Shown here piece by piece: positions 12,200 to 24,951 of a DNA stretch of 64,000 nucleotides. The position numbers and the translations under genes are program-made. The DNA is taken from contig CM052832.1 in NCBI GenBank assembly GCA_028534125.1, positions 24,926,001 to 24,990,000 on the forward strand, read 5' to 3'. The number at the start of each line of letters is the position of its first letter. The stretch's first letter is position 1. This DNA is from Lama glama. Its lineage: Eukaryota. Under the pieces are notes generated by a model. That model was not told where the DNA came from and searched no databases. It was given only the letters and a program-made list of their open reading frames with translations.

Positions 12200-14179
12200 C
12201 CACCCTTCCCATCTGGGACGTTCAGCATCTTCCCAACAGGGCATCAGTTTGATCACCAACCACAACCTCACTCCTTTCCTGGACTCGTTCTGTGCCTGCC
12301 AAGGCTCCAGGGAACTGGTCAGAAAGAGTTTGGTCAACTAATGAATGTTCCTGCTTAATGGTTTTGCAACCGTTCATAACATCCTTGAAAGAGACACTGT
12401 TTCAGCCCCTAAGAAACACTTCTTTTCCTAGAAGGAGATATAGAGCCAAGTTATGGTATGGTTTTTGCCATTATTAATGTTCATGAACTCCAGCTGAACA
12501 CATAGACTCTATCAGTCTAAAGTAACTAATTTTTTTAACGAGAAGGGTGTGTAGAGTGTCAGGTGAATAATTTCGGCCTCCATGAACTGAAGACGCTGAG
12601 TGCAGAGGCTGAAAGATGTCATCTTGCTAATTGTTATCCTTTCCATAAAATCGGTTAGTATCACAGCCCCCACTTCCTGACTGATTATCATACATTCGTG
12701 GATTGATGCACAGAAGGTATTGATCAGCTTTCCAGGTAGCAAGCTCTTTCCAAAGCAACTCCCAATTTGAAGAATCCGTTTTCTTTTGTGACCCTGAAAA
12801 CTATTTCATTTTCAGAGCATTTTCCTACCTAATGGCACAAAGAGTGAAACTGAATTTTTTTTCAATAATGAACTTTAACTAGAAGAAACTTTTAAATAAA
12901 ATGAATGGTAAGTGCTTTTTACAGAAAAGAAAAATCAATTTGAAAATAATTTGTTCCCATCAGGTCTTGTTGCGAATGGCATGTTGCTATTGGGAACAGA
13001 GTAAGATTATTCAGGGCGAAATCACCCTGGAATCATTAAGGACATATTAGGAACAACATTCCATTAGCAGCAGTTGTCTTGGAAGATGCAGAGTCGATGA
13101 AAGTTTTTGCCTTGTAAAATAGATAACTTTTCTAAAAATTTGAAAATTAACAAAAAAAATGTTTATTAGATTTGGATTTTGAACTCTCCCTAGGGAAGTA
13201 GTTTATATGTAATGGAGTCAGTGATCACTTATGTAGATAGCAAAATGCCAGGGGAAAAAAAAAACCTTATACACTTCGGGCATTGTGAACAAAGCACTCC
13301 CATTACAGACCCACTCCTTTGACACTTCAGGGGTTTGGGATGTTTAAGTGTTGCTTATTAAAAATGCAGGCATTCCTAACAGATATGACCATTTAAGTCT
13401 TTGTGAACCAACTTTATCAGAGAGATGTCTATGGAGTTGCTTTGCAATCATGACGGGTCCACAAGTATGAACACAAGCTAGATTTCTGGTGCGTGTTAGA
13501 GGCACCAGACAAATGACTAAGCATAGTTCTACAGCACTTCGCTGTTACCGGCTCGCTGCCATATGTTGTCTTGTCTAGGAAAAGTGACTTGAAAGATACA
13601 TAGTTCATCCATTCTCCCAGGACACTTAAAAACACATTCCAGGCAACTTCTACATATTTTGTTTAGTTTTTCTGGTTGTATTTACTTTGGTGTAATGCCA
13701 TCAAAAATCAATATAACACACAGCACTTACTATAAAATCATTGTCAAAGATTTTGCCATTACCTCATACACTGTCTTCTTTACATGGAAAAATTTCCTTC
13801 TTGGTCTTGGAACAAATGATATTTGGTAGTTCTTTTGCACAACTGGTTCTTTTTTCATATTATGGATGCTGTGAGGTATTCTGTAGACCAGATTTCCTTT
13901 TTAGTTTTTTGTTTTTTGCTAGATGCTTTAAGGATTAGAACCAAATTTTATCCCACTCATACTTTTATTCTCACTCTGTCTTCATTCTATACTTCCACCT
14001 TTATTGTCCTTTCAACTTTTATCTGTGTTTTTAATTTATGCCACATTTGTGAATAGTACATGTTTAAGTCATGTGCATCTGTGTGAGACATGTATGGTTA
14101 TGTGTATGTGTGTGATTAATACAGCCTTGTCTATAAGATACCTAAAATAGTTTCTAGAGCAAAGTAAACTCAGAACATG

Positions 14180-14370
14180 TAAATAACTGGCTTCATTTAA
14201 TTCTCATGCAGCCCTATAAGATAAATATAATTATGCTTCTGGTTTTAAAAAATAAATCAACCTCAAAGCTGTGAAATATCTTATCAATGTCATGAAACTA
14301 GTAAGTAACAGAGCTAGTCTGAAGCATGTTTTCTTTTTGTTTTTAATTCAAAACTCCATGCTTTCTCTCC
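14180..14370 (-). mobile_element. MIR SINE (degenerate)
   Basis: 'tcatttaattctcatgcagccctat...actagtaagtaacagagct'. Confidence 0.55.
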
Positions 14371-15309
14371 CATACTTAATCTTACATAGAAGGGGGAAAA
14401 GATATTAAAGAAGAAACTAGAAAGTCACAGTTTTCTCTGTAAAGAGTCACTTCCCATTTTCACTGTACAAACAGAAGGCTTAAGTAAATGCAATTAAACT
14501 ATCTTGGCTCTTAGTGTAAAATATTCCAAAATCAGTCATGCCACTGGGATCCATCCTAAATGGGCTGGTAAGCAGAGTGGAGCCACATAGGTGGTCAGCC
14601 TGTATTCAGTAGAACCCAGCTTTACTCAAGCATTCCAGGAGCCTCCCTCAGTACTTGTTAATGAGTTGGTTTTGTAATCTCTTCTTTAAACTCTGTATTC
14701 AGAGACTTGGGAATTGAATGTATATATGTTGAAGTAGATTAGTTGATATGACCTCTTTCTTTTCAACAAATAAAACACGAAACCTCAATCTCCAGAGCTC
14801 TTTTGTACATTTATTTTTAATGAACAGTGCTCCCGGATCAGACAGGCAAATCATGAGCTCAACCAGAGAAGCCTGGAATCCAAACAAGAGGCCAAATAAA
14901 ACCTGTAAGAAAAAAAATATCCTGAACGAATAATTCTCTGTCAAGATTAGTTAAAGGTACTTGTTATCTTAAGAAATACACAGATACATGAAGGATACCA
15001 AACACATTTCTTATTTCTTCTTTATCTCTGTGAATATGGGGTTTGGTTGCAGGGAAGAGGAGAAGCTTGATAAAAGAATGATTTTGGCCTTGTGATTGCT
15101 TGGCCCTTAATTTCAAGGCTCATAAATGCCCATATGCTAGACATCTAATTAGTGTTATAATCCAAGTTAATAGGACAGGTTATTAACTGATGACAAAATT
15201 GCTCCTAGAGAGTGGGGATGGGTAGAGTTTAAAATGCTATTCAGTCAAATAAAGGGTGCTCTGCTGTGACTACTGTCTGGAAGAGGATTGAACTTGGACT
15301 CATACCCTG

Positions 15310-15445
15310 AGAGAGAAGGTGCCTTAAAGGTCGTTTAGTTCAAATCTTCTCAGTTACATCCCCCAAATACTTCTCTTAATTCTGCTTGAATACCTCCAGT
15401 ATTGGAAAACTCCCCACCTCCCAAAGCCCCGTGTCCACCACCCGC
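15310..15445 (-). mobile_element. L3/CR1 fragment
   Basis: 'ctgcttgaatacctccagtattggaaaactccccacctcccaa'. Confidence 0.5.
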
Positions 15446-15969
15446 GACTTCTCATCACAGCCCAGGTGGGTCTACGACCTAGAATTAAACAGTTGGCAGC
15501 AGAGCCCTCTCCCATAAAACCTCTAAAGGGCCTTTCCATTGCTGTTGCAAAGTAACTGGGAATAATTAAAACACAGTCACACGTCTCCATCTGGAAGATG
15601 GCTAAAATATCACTCAGGCAGGTCACTTATTGCAGGACATTAGGCTAATTTGAAGAGTGGAAGGGTATGTACCATCAGTTATCTTTAGGGTCCTGGGGTC
15701 TCCACCTGGGGGAAGGGAATGACTGCAAAGTTCAGTCAGCAGCCCCTTCCATTTCTGTGTGGTTTCTAAAGGGAATTACGAACACCACCTGCCTGACAAG
15801 TGGGACCTGTGGCCTGTCCTTGAACCACTCTAACAACAGTTGAAGAGTTTTTCCCCCTCCTATTTCTCCTGCTCCACTTCCTTTTCTGGACCTCAGATAC
15901 ACAATTTAAATTAATCATAACCCCTGGTTCACGACACACTCTCATCACTGGTTCAAATATGGTTCTCTT

Positions 15970-17045
15970 TTAAATTTTTTAAATTTATTTATTCAATAAT
16001 TTATTTTTCAACTTATTAATAATATAATAAACACTCATGAGCCTACCGTCCAACACAAGCTAGAGTTTTGACATTAATTTGATGTATGTTACCTTGCTGC
16101 TCCTTATTCTTCCCAACCCCCAGCTTTCCCTCACCCAGGATAACCCCTACATTGTTTACCTTTTTCCTGTACTTACGTATCTCCAGTTTATCACATATAT
16201 ATGTGTGTCCCAAAAATGTATTGTTTAGTTTTAGTTTTTAGCTTTATAAAAAGGACATCATACTGTAGTTAATATTCTAGGTTTACTTTTTTCAGTGACT
16301 ATTAAATTGCTCAGACTCATCCATACTGCTGCTTGTAGTTCATTTGTTTTCACGGCTGTGCAATATTCCACTGTGTACGTACACCTTATTTTATTTATTC
16401 TCTCATCAGTGGACATGTGCATTGTTTCCAGGATTTTGCTGTCACAAATAGCACTTCTATGTCTATTCTTGTACATGTGCAAGAGTGTACCTATGAGCAG
16501 AATCCCTGGATTGTATGGTATGTGACTATGTGAATATTCAATTTTCCCACACAAACCAACCTGTTTTCCAAAGCAGTCATGACAGTTTACACTCCTACCA
16601 ACAAACGTGTAAGAAATTCTGTTGACCCACATGCCCTCCAGTACTTGTATCATCAGACTTCTTAATTTTTGCCAATCAAATGTGTATAAAATTTTATCTC
16701 ATTGTGGACCTAACTTGCACGTCTCTAATCACAAATAAAATTAGACATCTTTTCATGTGTTTATTGGCCACACATTTTTTTCCTTATGTAAAATGCCAGT
16801 TTATGACTTTTGTCCTTTTTCTTTCTGTATTGTTTATTCTCACATTAATGATATGTAGGCAGTCTTTATATATTATTAATACTTTCTCAGCTGTTTGTGT
16901 TAAAATCTTCTCCCAGATTATAAGTAACTTCTTTATGGCATATTTTGATAAACAGATGTTCTCATTTTTAATATAGTCAAATCAGTTGTTTCTTTTATAT
17001 TTATAGGTTTTTATGTCTTGTTTAAAACTGCTACCTTCCCCCAAG
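15970..17045 (-). mobile_element. Old L1 (L1ME-like), 3' UTR and ORF2 end
   Basis: T-rich; 'ccatactgctgcttgtagttcatttgttttcacggctgtg', 'tttacactcctaccaaca'; the degenerate ORF at 16258-16653 resembles the L1 ORF2 C-terminus. Confidence 0.8.
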
Positions 17046-17057
17046 TCATGCTGAATG

Positions 17058-17410
17058 CTGTAATGAGCCACTCTGATCCCCGTTCAAACATGAAGGACTC
17101 CTTAGCTGAAGAGATCTCTCTCCCAAGGTCATGCTGCCTTCCTGGGGCAGCCTGGGTCCTTTGACTGCAGTGGAGGTCTTAGAAAAGCTAAACTCTTTCA
17201 CTCAAACTCAGGATAGCTCTCAAAGACCATCCTATGTCAGAATCTCTCTGTAGCATCAGTTGAGGCATCCAATGAGAGAGCACCCTGGCTCACCTCCCTC
17301 TGCACAATCCTGCTTCCTTCCCTTCCACAGTTATTGATCCCAAGAACACTCCCCAATAACCTCCTGCAGCTAATCTCTGAGTCTGCCTCCCAGGAAGCCC
17401 ACCTGCAATA
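17058..17410 (+). mobile_element. ERVL LTR, LTR16C-like
   Basis: 'ttgatcccaagaacactccccaataacctcctgcagctaatctctgagtctgcctcccaggaagcccacctg'. Confidence 0.75.
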
Positions 17411-17464
17411 AGGGATCAAAAATAAACACGTAGATTTTACTCCTTCTCACAAATCCTCTTGTTG

Positions 17465-17745
17465 GGCAATTATGCCTGTTAGAATTTTCTTATTCTGAAA
17501 CACAACCAACCTCCTCGTAGCCTCTGGTCCTCGTTTCTACTCTTTGAAACCAAACAGAGCGAATCTATTCCATCTTCCTCATAGCATCTTAAATTAGAAG
17601 AGGACAACTATCCTGTGCTCACTAAAGCTTCTTTCTTCCAGGCAAAAATCCCAGTTTCCTTCCATTATCCCTTACAGGACAGGATTTCCAGACTTGCCTC
17701 ATCTCTGTTGACCTCTTCAGTTTGCTCATATCTCGTTGCTTACTA
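17465..17745 (-). mobile_element. L3/CR1 fragment
   Basis: 'aagcttctttcttccaggcaaaaatcccagtttcctt...atttccagac'. Confidence 0.6.
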
Positions 17746-18519
17746 CTTGACATATTGAAAGAGATCTTCAGTGTACACCATATGTAATATCAGAAATCCA
17801 GGTCTGGTCAAGCCTGGGTACTTACCTTGTACATGACCTTCATACAGAATGAATTTGGAGCATTAAGAAGTTGAAGCCCAGGAAAGCAAATCACCCCAGG
17901 GCTGAAAAGGACCCTGTCAGGTCAACTTATCCACTCCACTTGCTGGCAACTCAATCTGCTGTAGCAGAGACAAGGAATTGTCTTTTCTATTGGTTCCATT
18001 TGGTTTCCAACCAAAATGATTTACTGTCACTTCTCCTCATTATTCCCAATTCCTAATAAATCTTTTCTAAAACTGAAGAGAAAGAAAAAAGCACATCTTC
18101 CATCCAGTAGGAGCCCAAGGTAAGACCTATTCTTCATGGATACCTTTAAGAAAAAAAAAAAAAAAAAGAGCTAAAACATCGCCTATTTCCCAAACAGGCA
18201 CTAGGAAGTTAATTGAGGCTTTAAAAGCTGGACTTTGAGGGTAAAGCATTGGGATCAAATGCAGGCATATTTGTCTTTGGCCTTTCCCACAATCTTGTCT
18301 AGATTTCTTTTTCCCTCTGCCACTTTATAGCCCTGGTCCCCTGGAGCTCCTGGCCTGTTTCCTCCCAAATTGCTCCAAAATGCAAAATGACTTCTTTTAT
18401 TTTCTTCGCTTTCTTTCTAAACTCTCAAGCAGATTCCCACTTAGGGGTTAGCAAAAAGCAAGCCAGCCAAGCTAGTGAAAGTGACTTTCCACCTAAACTC
18501 ATGTTTAGAAAAAAAAAAA

Positions 18520-19365
18520 GGTTTTTTTCTCTGATTATTAAAAAATATACATGTCTCGTATTGGAAACACTGAAAAATACATAAAATCATAACACACAAA
18601 GAAAAATCCCATCATACTAAAATAATAACTACTAACATTTTGGTGTGTATCCTTTCGATCTGTTTTCTGTGTAAATAAACTTCTTTTTAATTTTCTAAAC
18701 TGGCGTAGTATTGTTTTGCAACTCACCATTTTCACTTAATGTGTCAGTAACACTTTTTCATGTCATTAAGCACTCTAGAACATCATTTTTAATGGCTACA
18801 CTGCCTTCTATCACACAGATGCTACATAATTTATTTTACCAAGTCCCCGTTTAGTTAGACTTTTGGTTATTTTTCCAGTTCTATTATTTTAAGTAATTCT
18901 GCAATAAATATCCCTTAGATAAATAGTCACATACATTCATATTTATCTCCTTAGAATAAATTCCTAGAAGTGAAATTTAAGATCTTGAGTAAATATTTTC
19001 AAATAGTCTTCCAATTTACTCCGCTCTGTGGCCAGCAGGATTTGAAAAATGCCTGCTTCCTACACCCTCAATATCACTAGGTGTTAGTGTTAAAAATAAA
19101 ATACTTTCCAATTTGGTTAGAGGCAAGGGGCTATTTCTCTTCATGGCACTTATATTATATCTCATTTATTTTCCTCACTTATTGGTAAAATTTTGTTTAA
19201 TAGAATATATTCATTGACCATTGGTATTTCATATTTTTATGTCCCTCTTTTTTTTTTTTTTTTTTTTGTCTCTCAACTGGCCTACTGTTTTTTTCCTCCT
19301 TGATTTGTAGATTCTCTGTATGGGTTAAGGATAGACCCTTTGTCTTCATCTGTGTTGCAGTTTAT
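18520..19365 (-). mobile_element. Old L1 (L1ME-like) 3' region
   Basis: 'catcatttttaatggct', 'ttcctagaagtgaaatt', 'ttgatttgtagattctct'. Confidence 0.75.
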
Positions 19366-19367
19366 CC

Positions 19368-19687
19368 AGTTTTTTGTTTGTTTGTTTGTTGAGTAAAGAT
19401 AGATTTATTTAGAAAGATACATACTATATAGAGTGTAGGCTGTTTCAGAAGGCAAGAGAAAGGCCACAGCCACAAGGTGTGGGGGTCGGGTGCTCAGGCC
19501 AAAGTGAAAGTAGATACGCACCCCACAGAGTGCAGGCCGGCTCCGGAGGCGAGGAATGGAGAGAGGCCTTGGGGCACGGTGTTGCCAGTCCTTATGGGCT
19601 CAGTAGCTTCACACGCCAACAAATGGAAGGACCATTCCAACTACTCTGAGGAAGGGGCTGGGTTCCCAGGAATTGGGCCACCGCCCA
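19368..19687 (-). mobile_element. Poly(A)-tailed, TSD-flanked ERV1 LTR fragment (MER41/LTR39-related), retroposed copy
   Basis: Minus-strand AATAAA (19404-19409), then 13 nt, then an (AAAC)n/A tail; direct repeat CAGTTTATCC at 19358-19367 and 19686-19695; body contains 'ccaggaattgggccaccgccca'. Confidence 0.7.
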
Positions 19688-20814
19688 GTTTATCCCATTT
19701 TTGAAGAAGCGATTACCTGGTCTTCTACATCCAAATGTCTCTCTAATGGATGAAATTGGGGGCAGGGTAAAAGTGATATGAAACTTCATAAAATGTAAAG
19801 GAGATGGGTATTTCCAGTGCTCCAGAAGGTCCCCATGCAGAGAATAAAGCCAAGTGAAAGAAGGAAGCTCTTTGCTGCGAGCATGTAAACCACCAGAGCG
19901 TGGCGGCGGAACCACGCTCCCCAGGGATGCCATGAAATGAGAGTGGCCTGGCTTCAGCCCTGATATGACAGGTCCTGTAATGGCTCTCGCCACAGTCGCC
20001 AGTGTGACAAAGGCCTCAGGGCTTTCCTGTCTCCTAAAAGCTGGCTTCATATCAATTAGTATGTTTAGTGTGTCACCAGGGACAAGAAGCAGAAACAAGA
20101 CTTCCTCCTGAGATAAACACTTCCATTTAGTGCTCATTAACAAAATGTAGCTCGGAAAGGTGTAATCGTAATTTAAGCAACAAAGACATACTTCCAGGTT
20201 AATGCCTTGGGAAGAGGGTTCATTTCTGTTGTTTGTTAAGGACCTTATTAGAGCTTTAAGACACATTTAAAGTCTTTGCCTCAGCAAGACTTCCCGGCTC
20301 GTTAAAACTCCCAGCGGGCCATTAGGACTGGTGTGAACTTTTCCATGGTTAGTGTTTATTTCTGACAAGAAGGAAGTAAATGCATCATACTTTGTGAATG
20401 GGTCCTTTGGGAACCAACAAAGAACAGTCACAGGAATGGGGAGGGAGACGCCCAGGGGGCAGGATGTGCACAGTCGTCCTGAAGCCTGGAAGAAGGAAAG
20501 AAGTTACCTTATTGGTGTCATTGTTTTTAAATTCTTAAATGTAAATATTTTTATATTCTTGACCTCTGCTGCTCAATTTTGATACATCCTTTCAACAAAG
20601 ATTGTTCACGGACACATACTTCAACCTAGTATCTCCTTCCTCCCTGTACCACCCAACTTCAACCAGAAGCTATGAGGCCAGTCAATCACACATGTGTGAC
20701 AAATCCTGGTGCCAGTGAAGTGATGGCATGTTAAACTAGTTGTTGACTCTGACACAGGGGAAAAACGGCACAGTGGAGTCTCCACTGTCATTCCTTTGGC
20801 CTTTTATAGTCGTC

Positions 20815-21182
20815 AGAGTAATCAGTGCTAGTAGGTATAATAATCAATCCCTAAATCTCTCCTGCATCACAGTCCAAGGCAAGCGAGGCAGCTCTCCTGG
20901 AAGTCTGTCCTGCAAGCAATAACGTAGGCGTTCCAAGCCCCTTCCATCTTGTGGTGCTGCCATCTGAAACGTGGCAGGTAGCTGTCCTGGAAGGTAGCTC
21001 TGGGAGGGGGAGAGAGAACACGGAAGAGGTGGAAGAAGACACAGGGGGTCTTATGGCAGTTGTCCAAAACACAGTCACATGGCCCTAACCTAACTATAAA
21101 GGGGGCTGGGAGGAGACACTCCTATGTGCTCAGGAAGAAGAGAATGAAATGAGACTTGGTAACTAGTGTTCTCTCTACCACA
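20815..21182 (-). mobile_element. MaLR LTR (MLT1K/J-like)
   Basis: 'ccttccatcttgtggtgctgccatc', 'agtcacatggccctaacctaact', ends 'tctaccaca'. Confidence 0.65.
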
Positions 21183-22086
21183 TCCCAGTTGGCCAACTAA
21201 TTGGTGATACAACCAGCTAAGAGAGCCCTCTAGCCCAGAACTTTCTTTCTACATCTCCAGTCTTATTGGATACATGAAATGTCCACGTTGATATTCCCTA
21301 AGATTTTAAAGAGTAGATTGAGGGAGTCTAAGTGCATACCAGGGACTAAGTCAACGTTTAAGGAATACAACCCTTTTTCCTGTCTTCGTTGTTCACAGCA
21401 TCTTGGGGAGGCAGAGTCAGCTACTCACCAGAGGTAGTAAGAGCAGACCCCCTGCAGATTAGACCAGTGGACCGCACACAGTTGAGAGAAACGTTACACA
21501 GACCAGGCATGAGGCAACTCGGACACCTCAGAGCTGGCTGGTGCAAACAATTCGAAGAGAGAGAGTTCGTACTAAATTGCTCCAAAACAATCTGATCTAA
21601 TGCTCTCTTCTGTGAATCATAGGTATAAAAGGAACAAAGAGGAATCAGGCCCTCAGCTCCAGGTTGCCGTCTTGAGAAACACCTGACAAGTTTCCCTACT
21701 GCTGCATAGGGAAAGCTAGGGCCCTGGGTAACTGTTTGCCACTGAAATAAGCCCCACTTTGTAGTCTATCTGGGCCTATCATTTAGCTCATAAGAGGTCC
21801 CTGGGAAAGTTCCAAATGGTGCCTGAACATTTTATGGCACAAAGTGTGAAACGAATGAAACCACTGCTCTTAACCAAGGTGGATCAGGGAAGGATGGCAG
21901 CAGTCAGGGGCTCACAGCAATTCTGAAATCCCATCAGGGCTCCCTACCGTAAGGGACAGGAAACAGTCCTTAATTAAGCCTTGGTTCTGCTCCCTGGAAG
22001 TAAGTCCCAAGCTGCCTGTTCTCCATGACTTCTGACTGTCCTGTCTGGGGATCCTTCAGACAGCATTGTAGAATGTGCCCTCCTGG

Positions 22087-22200
22087 AAGGGTGACCAGTC
22101 ATCCCAGTTTGTCCACGACTGAGGGTTTTCCTGGCCTGCAAGACTTCCAGTACCAAAACCAAGAAAGTTCCAGGCAAACTGGAATGAGCTGGTCACCCTA
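22087..22200 (-). mobile_element. MER81-like hAT-Blackjack MITE, full length
   Basis: TIRs AGGGTGACCA and TGGTCACCCTA, about 114 bp; degenerate 8-bp TSD ccctcctg/ccttcctg. Confidence 0.85.
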
Positions 22201-22479
22201 CCTTCCTGGCAGCTGGGCAGCTTTCTCAGCCTGCTTCCTGCCTGTAGAAAGTCCTTTCACATCTTAAAAAGTCAGTCTCTTTTAAGCTGGCTTAAGGTGC
22301 TTTGACTCACTCAAACCCTTGTTGGCTTTCGTATTTGAGTCTAAACAACTCTGTGTGACAAAAGTCATACCCACAATTTGTTTTGAGATATCCAATTTAC
22401 TCTTTAACAGTTACTTTGACATATCAGGCGTCTGTGGGTCCATTGTGTCCCACTGCAGGGGAAAAAATCTATTAGGCAC

Positions 22480-22982
22480 CTCTTTAATCCTTTCAATGAT
22501 TTTTTAAAGCTTGATTTGGTCTCTCCCTGGAGGCTGTCTTAGTAGGTTTTTCAAACTCAGAGTTTTCCGTTTTCTCTTTTACTGGTTGGAGATGAGAAAC
22601 AGTTTTATTGTTCAGCCCTGAAAGTTCCAAAATTCTTGAGCTCTATATATTTCCTTTCTGCTTGCAAATCAGCCAGTTCTTATCTGATCTCATCTCTTTC
22701 TTTTTGTATTTTATGGCATACAACTTGTAACAGCCAGCTCACACCATCAACATTTCTGCCTCAAACCCCCTTATCCCTCTTCACAAGTTCTTTTGGTCCT
22801 TTTTTTTTTTTTTTCGCCTTTCAGGTTTTGACAGGTGACAATTTTGGCAAATACTTTGCCACCACATAACATGGGTCATCGTTTTTCCAACCTCTGTTAT
22901 TGTTTCCTTACTATATGCTGGCTGTTCCCAAAGCCACCGCCACATATATTTTAGGCAATGCCCTACTTTCAGTGCCGATTTC
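22480..22982 (-). mobile_element. MaLR internal (MLT1-int) fragment
   Basis: 'caaatactttgccaccacataacatgggtcatc' and the junction 'ccctactttcagtgccgattt' next to an LTR end. Confidence 0.6.
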
Positions 22983-23175
22983 CACACTGGACAGGTTCGC
23001 ACTGTAATGATTCTGCATAACAAACAACTCCAAGATGTCAGTGGCTAAAATAATAAACATTTAATTCCACACTCACATATCTGTAGGTAATCTGCAGCAC
23101 AACTAGTATCAGCAGGACTTAACAGAGTGAGGCGGGACTACATGTGTAGAGTCAGTTCTCCATCATTTCTGGGTC
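22983..23175 (-). mobile_element. MLT1 LTR 3' part adjoining the internal segment
   Basis: 'ctgcataacaaacaactccaagatgtcagtggctaaaataataaacattt'. Confidence 0.6.
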
Positions 23176-23619
23176 CATCTTTGATCTGAACATCCCGAAC
23201 TAGCTAAGAGTGTCACCAAATCTTGCCACCATTCCTGACGACCTTCAAGGTAATAGGTCACACGTGGATGTGGGCGCTGACCTACGGCTGTTGACAGAGC
23301 CATTTTATTGAAAGATTGCAAACAGTTTTCTCTCTTTCATGGGAAAAAAAAAATCCCAGTCATTAATTTCATAATATCATGCTTTTATTATTGCAAAAAT
23401 TATTATTCTTTTACAAATTTATTTTAACTGTCTGTAAGGAGTTTGTGGTGTAGTATTATTTGGGGCAAATACTATTTTAATCTAGTGATACTGGTAATGA
23501 AGAAAACCAATCAGACTGGGCCCAACACGTGTTTGTTGAGTGCCTGCTATGTATGCAAGAGCTGTGGTGCATACAAAACTTGTCACTGTTTTCAACAATG
23601 ATGCTGATGTAACATCTAC

Positions 23620-24015
23620 ATTGGGCTGGGCGGTGTTCTGAGTGCCTTCTGTGTAGTAACAACCTGCATGACAACCCCATGACACAGGTGCTATATTATT
23701 CCCATTTTATGGAAGAAGAAGCAGTTGCACAGAAAGATGAAGTATCTGGCAAATGCTAACCCTTCCAGTAAGTGGCAGAGCAAGGATTTAAACCAAGGCA
23801 GTTTACCGTCAAAGCCCATACTGTTGTTTTTTTTTTTTTAACTAAAATATTTATTTATTTATTGTTTCTTAAAACTCTCTTTTTTTCAAATTTTTCATTT
23901 ACAGTGTTGTGTTAGTTTCTGGTGTACCACACAGTGATTCAGTTATACATATACATACATATTCTTCTTCATTACAGGTGACTACAAGCCATTAAAGCCC
24001 ATACTCTCAACACTG
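23620..24015 (-). mobile_element. MIR SINE interrupted by an L1 insert
   Basis: 'attattcccattttatggaagaagaa', 'agtaagtggcagagcaaggatttaaacc'. Confidence 0.7.
23823..23993 (-). mobile_element. 5'-truncated artiodactyl-type L1 3' end with TSD
   Basis: Poly(T), 'gttagtttctggtgtaccacacagtgattcagttatacat'; exact 12-bp TSD AAAGCCCATACT at 23811-23822 and 23994-24005. Confidence 0.85.
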
Positions 24016-24935
24016 CGCGAGACTAGCTCCGTGTCACCTGTAATGCAGTGAGGAAGACGGTGACAGTAAGGCAACAAGGAAAGCACCGTGGACTGAAGAA
24101 ATCGAGGGGCAAGTAACTATCAGGTAAAGTCTGGAGATGATCGTTATCAGAGCTAGCTACTCACTCAGTGCATCCACAAGGTAACAGGACACAGGACAGG
24201 TAAGTGTTAAAGGCAGGGACACACCTAGAAATGGTCAGAGCGTAGGCAGACTAGGAGAGGGCAGGCCTAAGGGAAATAAGGAAAATGATCCGGGTTGGTC
24301 GGCAGCAGTGTAGTGATGGGAGTGCTCTGTGAACACTAGGAGAGAAATGTACAAAGCTGAAGGTGTTTTTTTTTAAACACCATTAGTTAATAAATTTGGC
24401 TCTACCGGCCCTGCTATATCTAACTCCTCCTATGTCCACTCATAACTGGACATTCTCAGTAAGCTGTAACTCTGCCAACTCAAAATTAGTCTTACTAATT
24501 CAGATAAATGTTCCCTAGGGAACATTACTGACACAGGCCAATGCATAGCACGTGGCTGCTCTCGTCTGAATTTGACTGCAGGTGAAAAGCTATTACATTA
24601 ACCCTCTGCGCTAGTAAGAATGACTGCTTCAGCCTCGTCTAATCTCCTGAAGGGGTTTGGAATGGTGTTTTTTATTTTTTTTAACTGCTATTAATGAGAA
24701 GATGCCTGTGGAAAGCACTGTAGAAATTATACATCACCACATGAATGTTAGTTGTCATTGTACAGATTTCAGGCAGATGATAGCTTTTGTTTCAAACATT
24801 ACTCTGGCTGTAGCTGACGTTGAAATATTTCGGAAAGTGTTAACTAGTCCAGTTCTTGAATAAATACCAAGGGTCTAAGGATCAGGCAGATAATGGGGAT
24901 TTACCCGGGACAAGCTCATGGAGATCCAGTGTCAG

Positions 24936-24951
24936 GGTTTCCATGGAAACC
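24936..24951. promoter_or_regulatory. Palindromic RFX X-box
   Basis: GGTTTCCATGGAAACC, a 16-bp perfect palindrome followed by the ETS core CAGGAAGT. Confidence 0.4.

Noticed and set aside
19592..20266. 224-aa minus-strand ORF
   Set aside because: No recognisable domain, and it runs across the junction into the retroposed LTR fragment
21400..21600. Possible LTR-like or exon-like segment (also 24040-24340)
   Set aside because: I could not define termini, a family or a paired splice site
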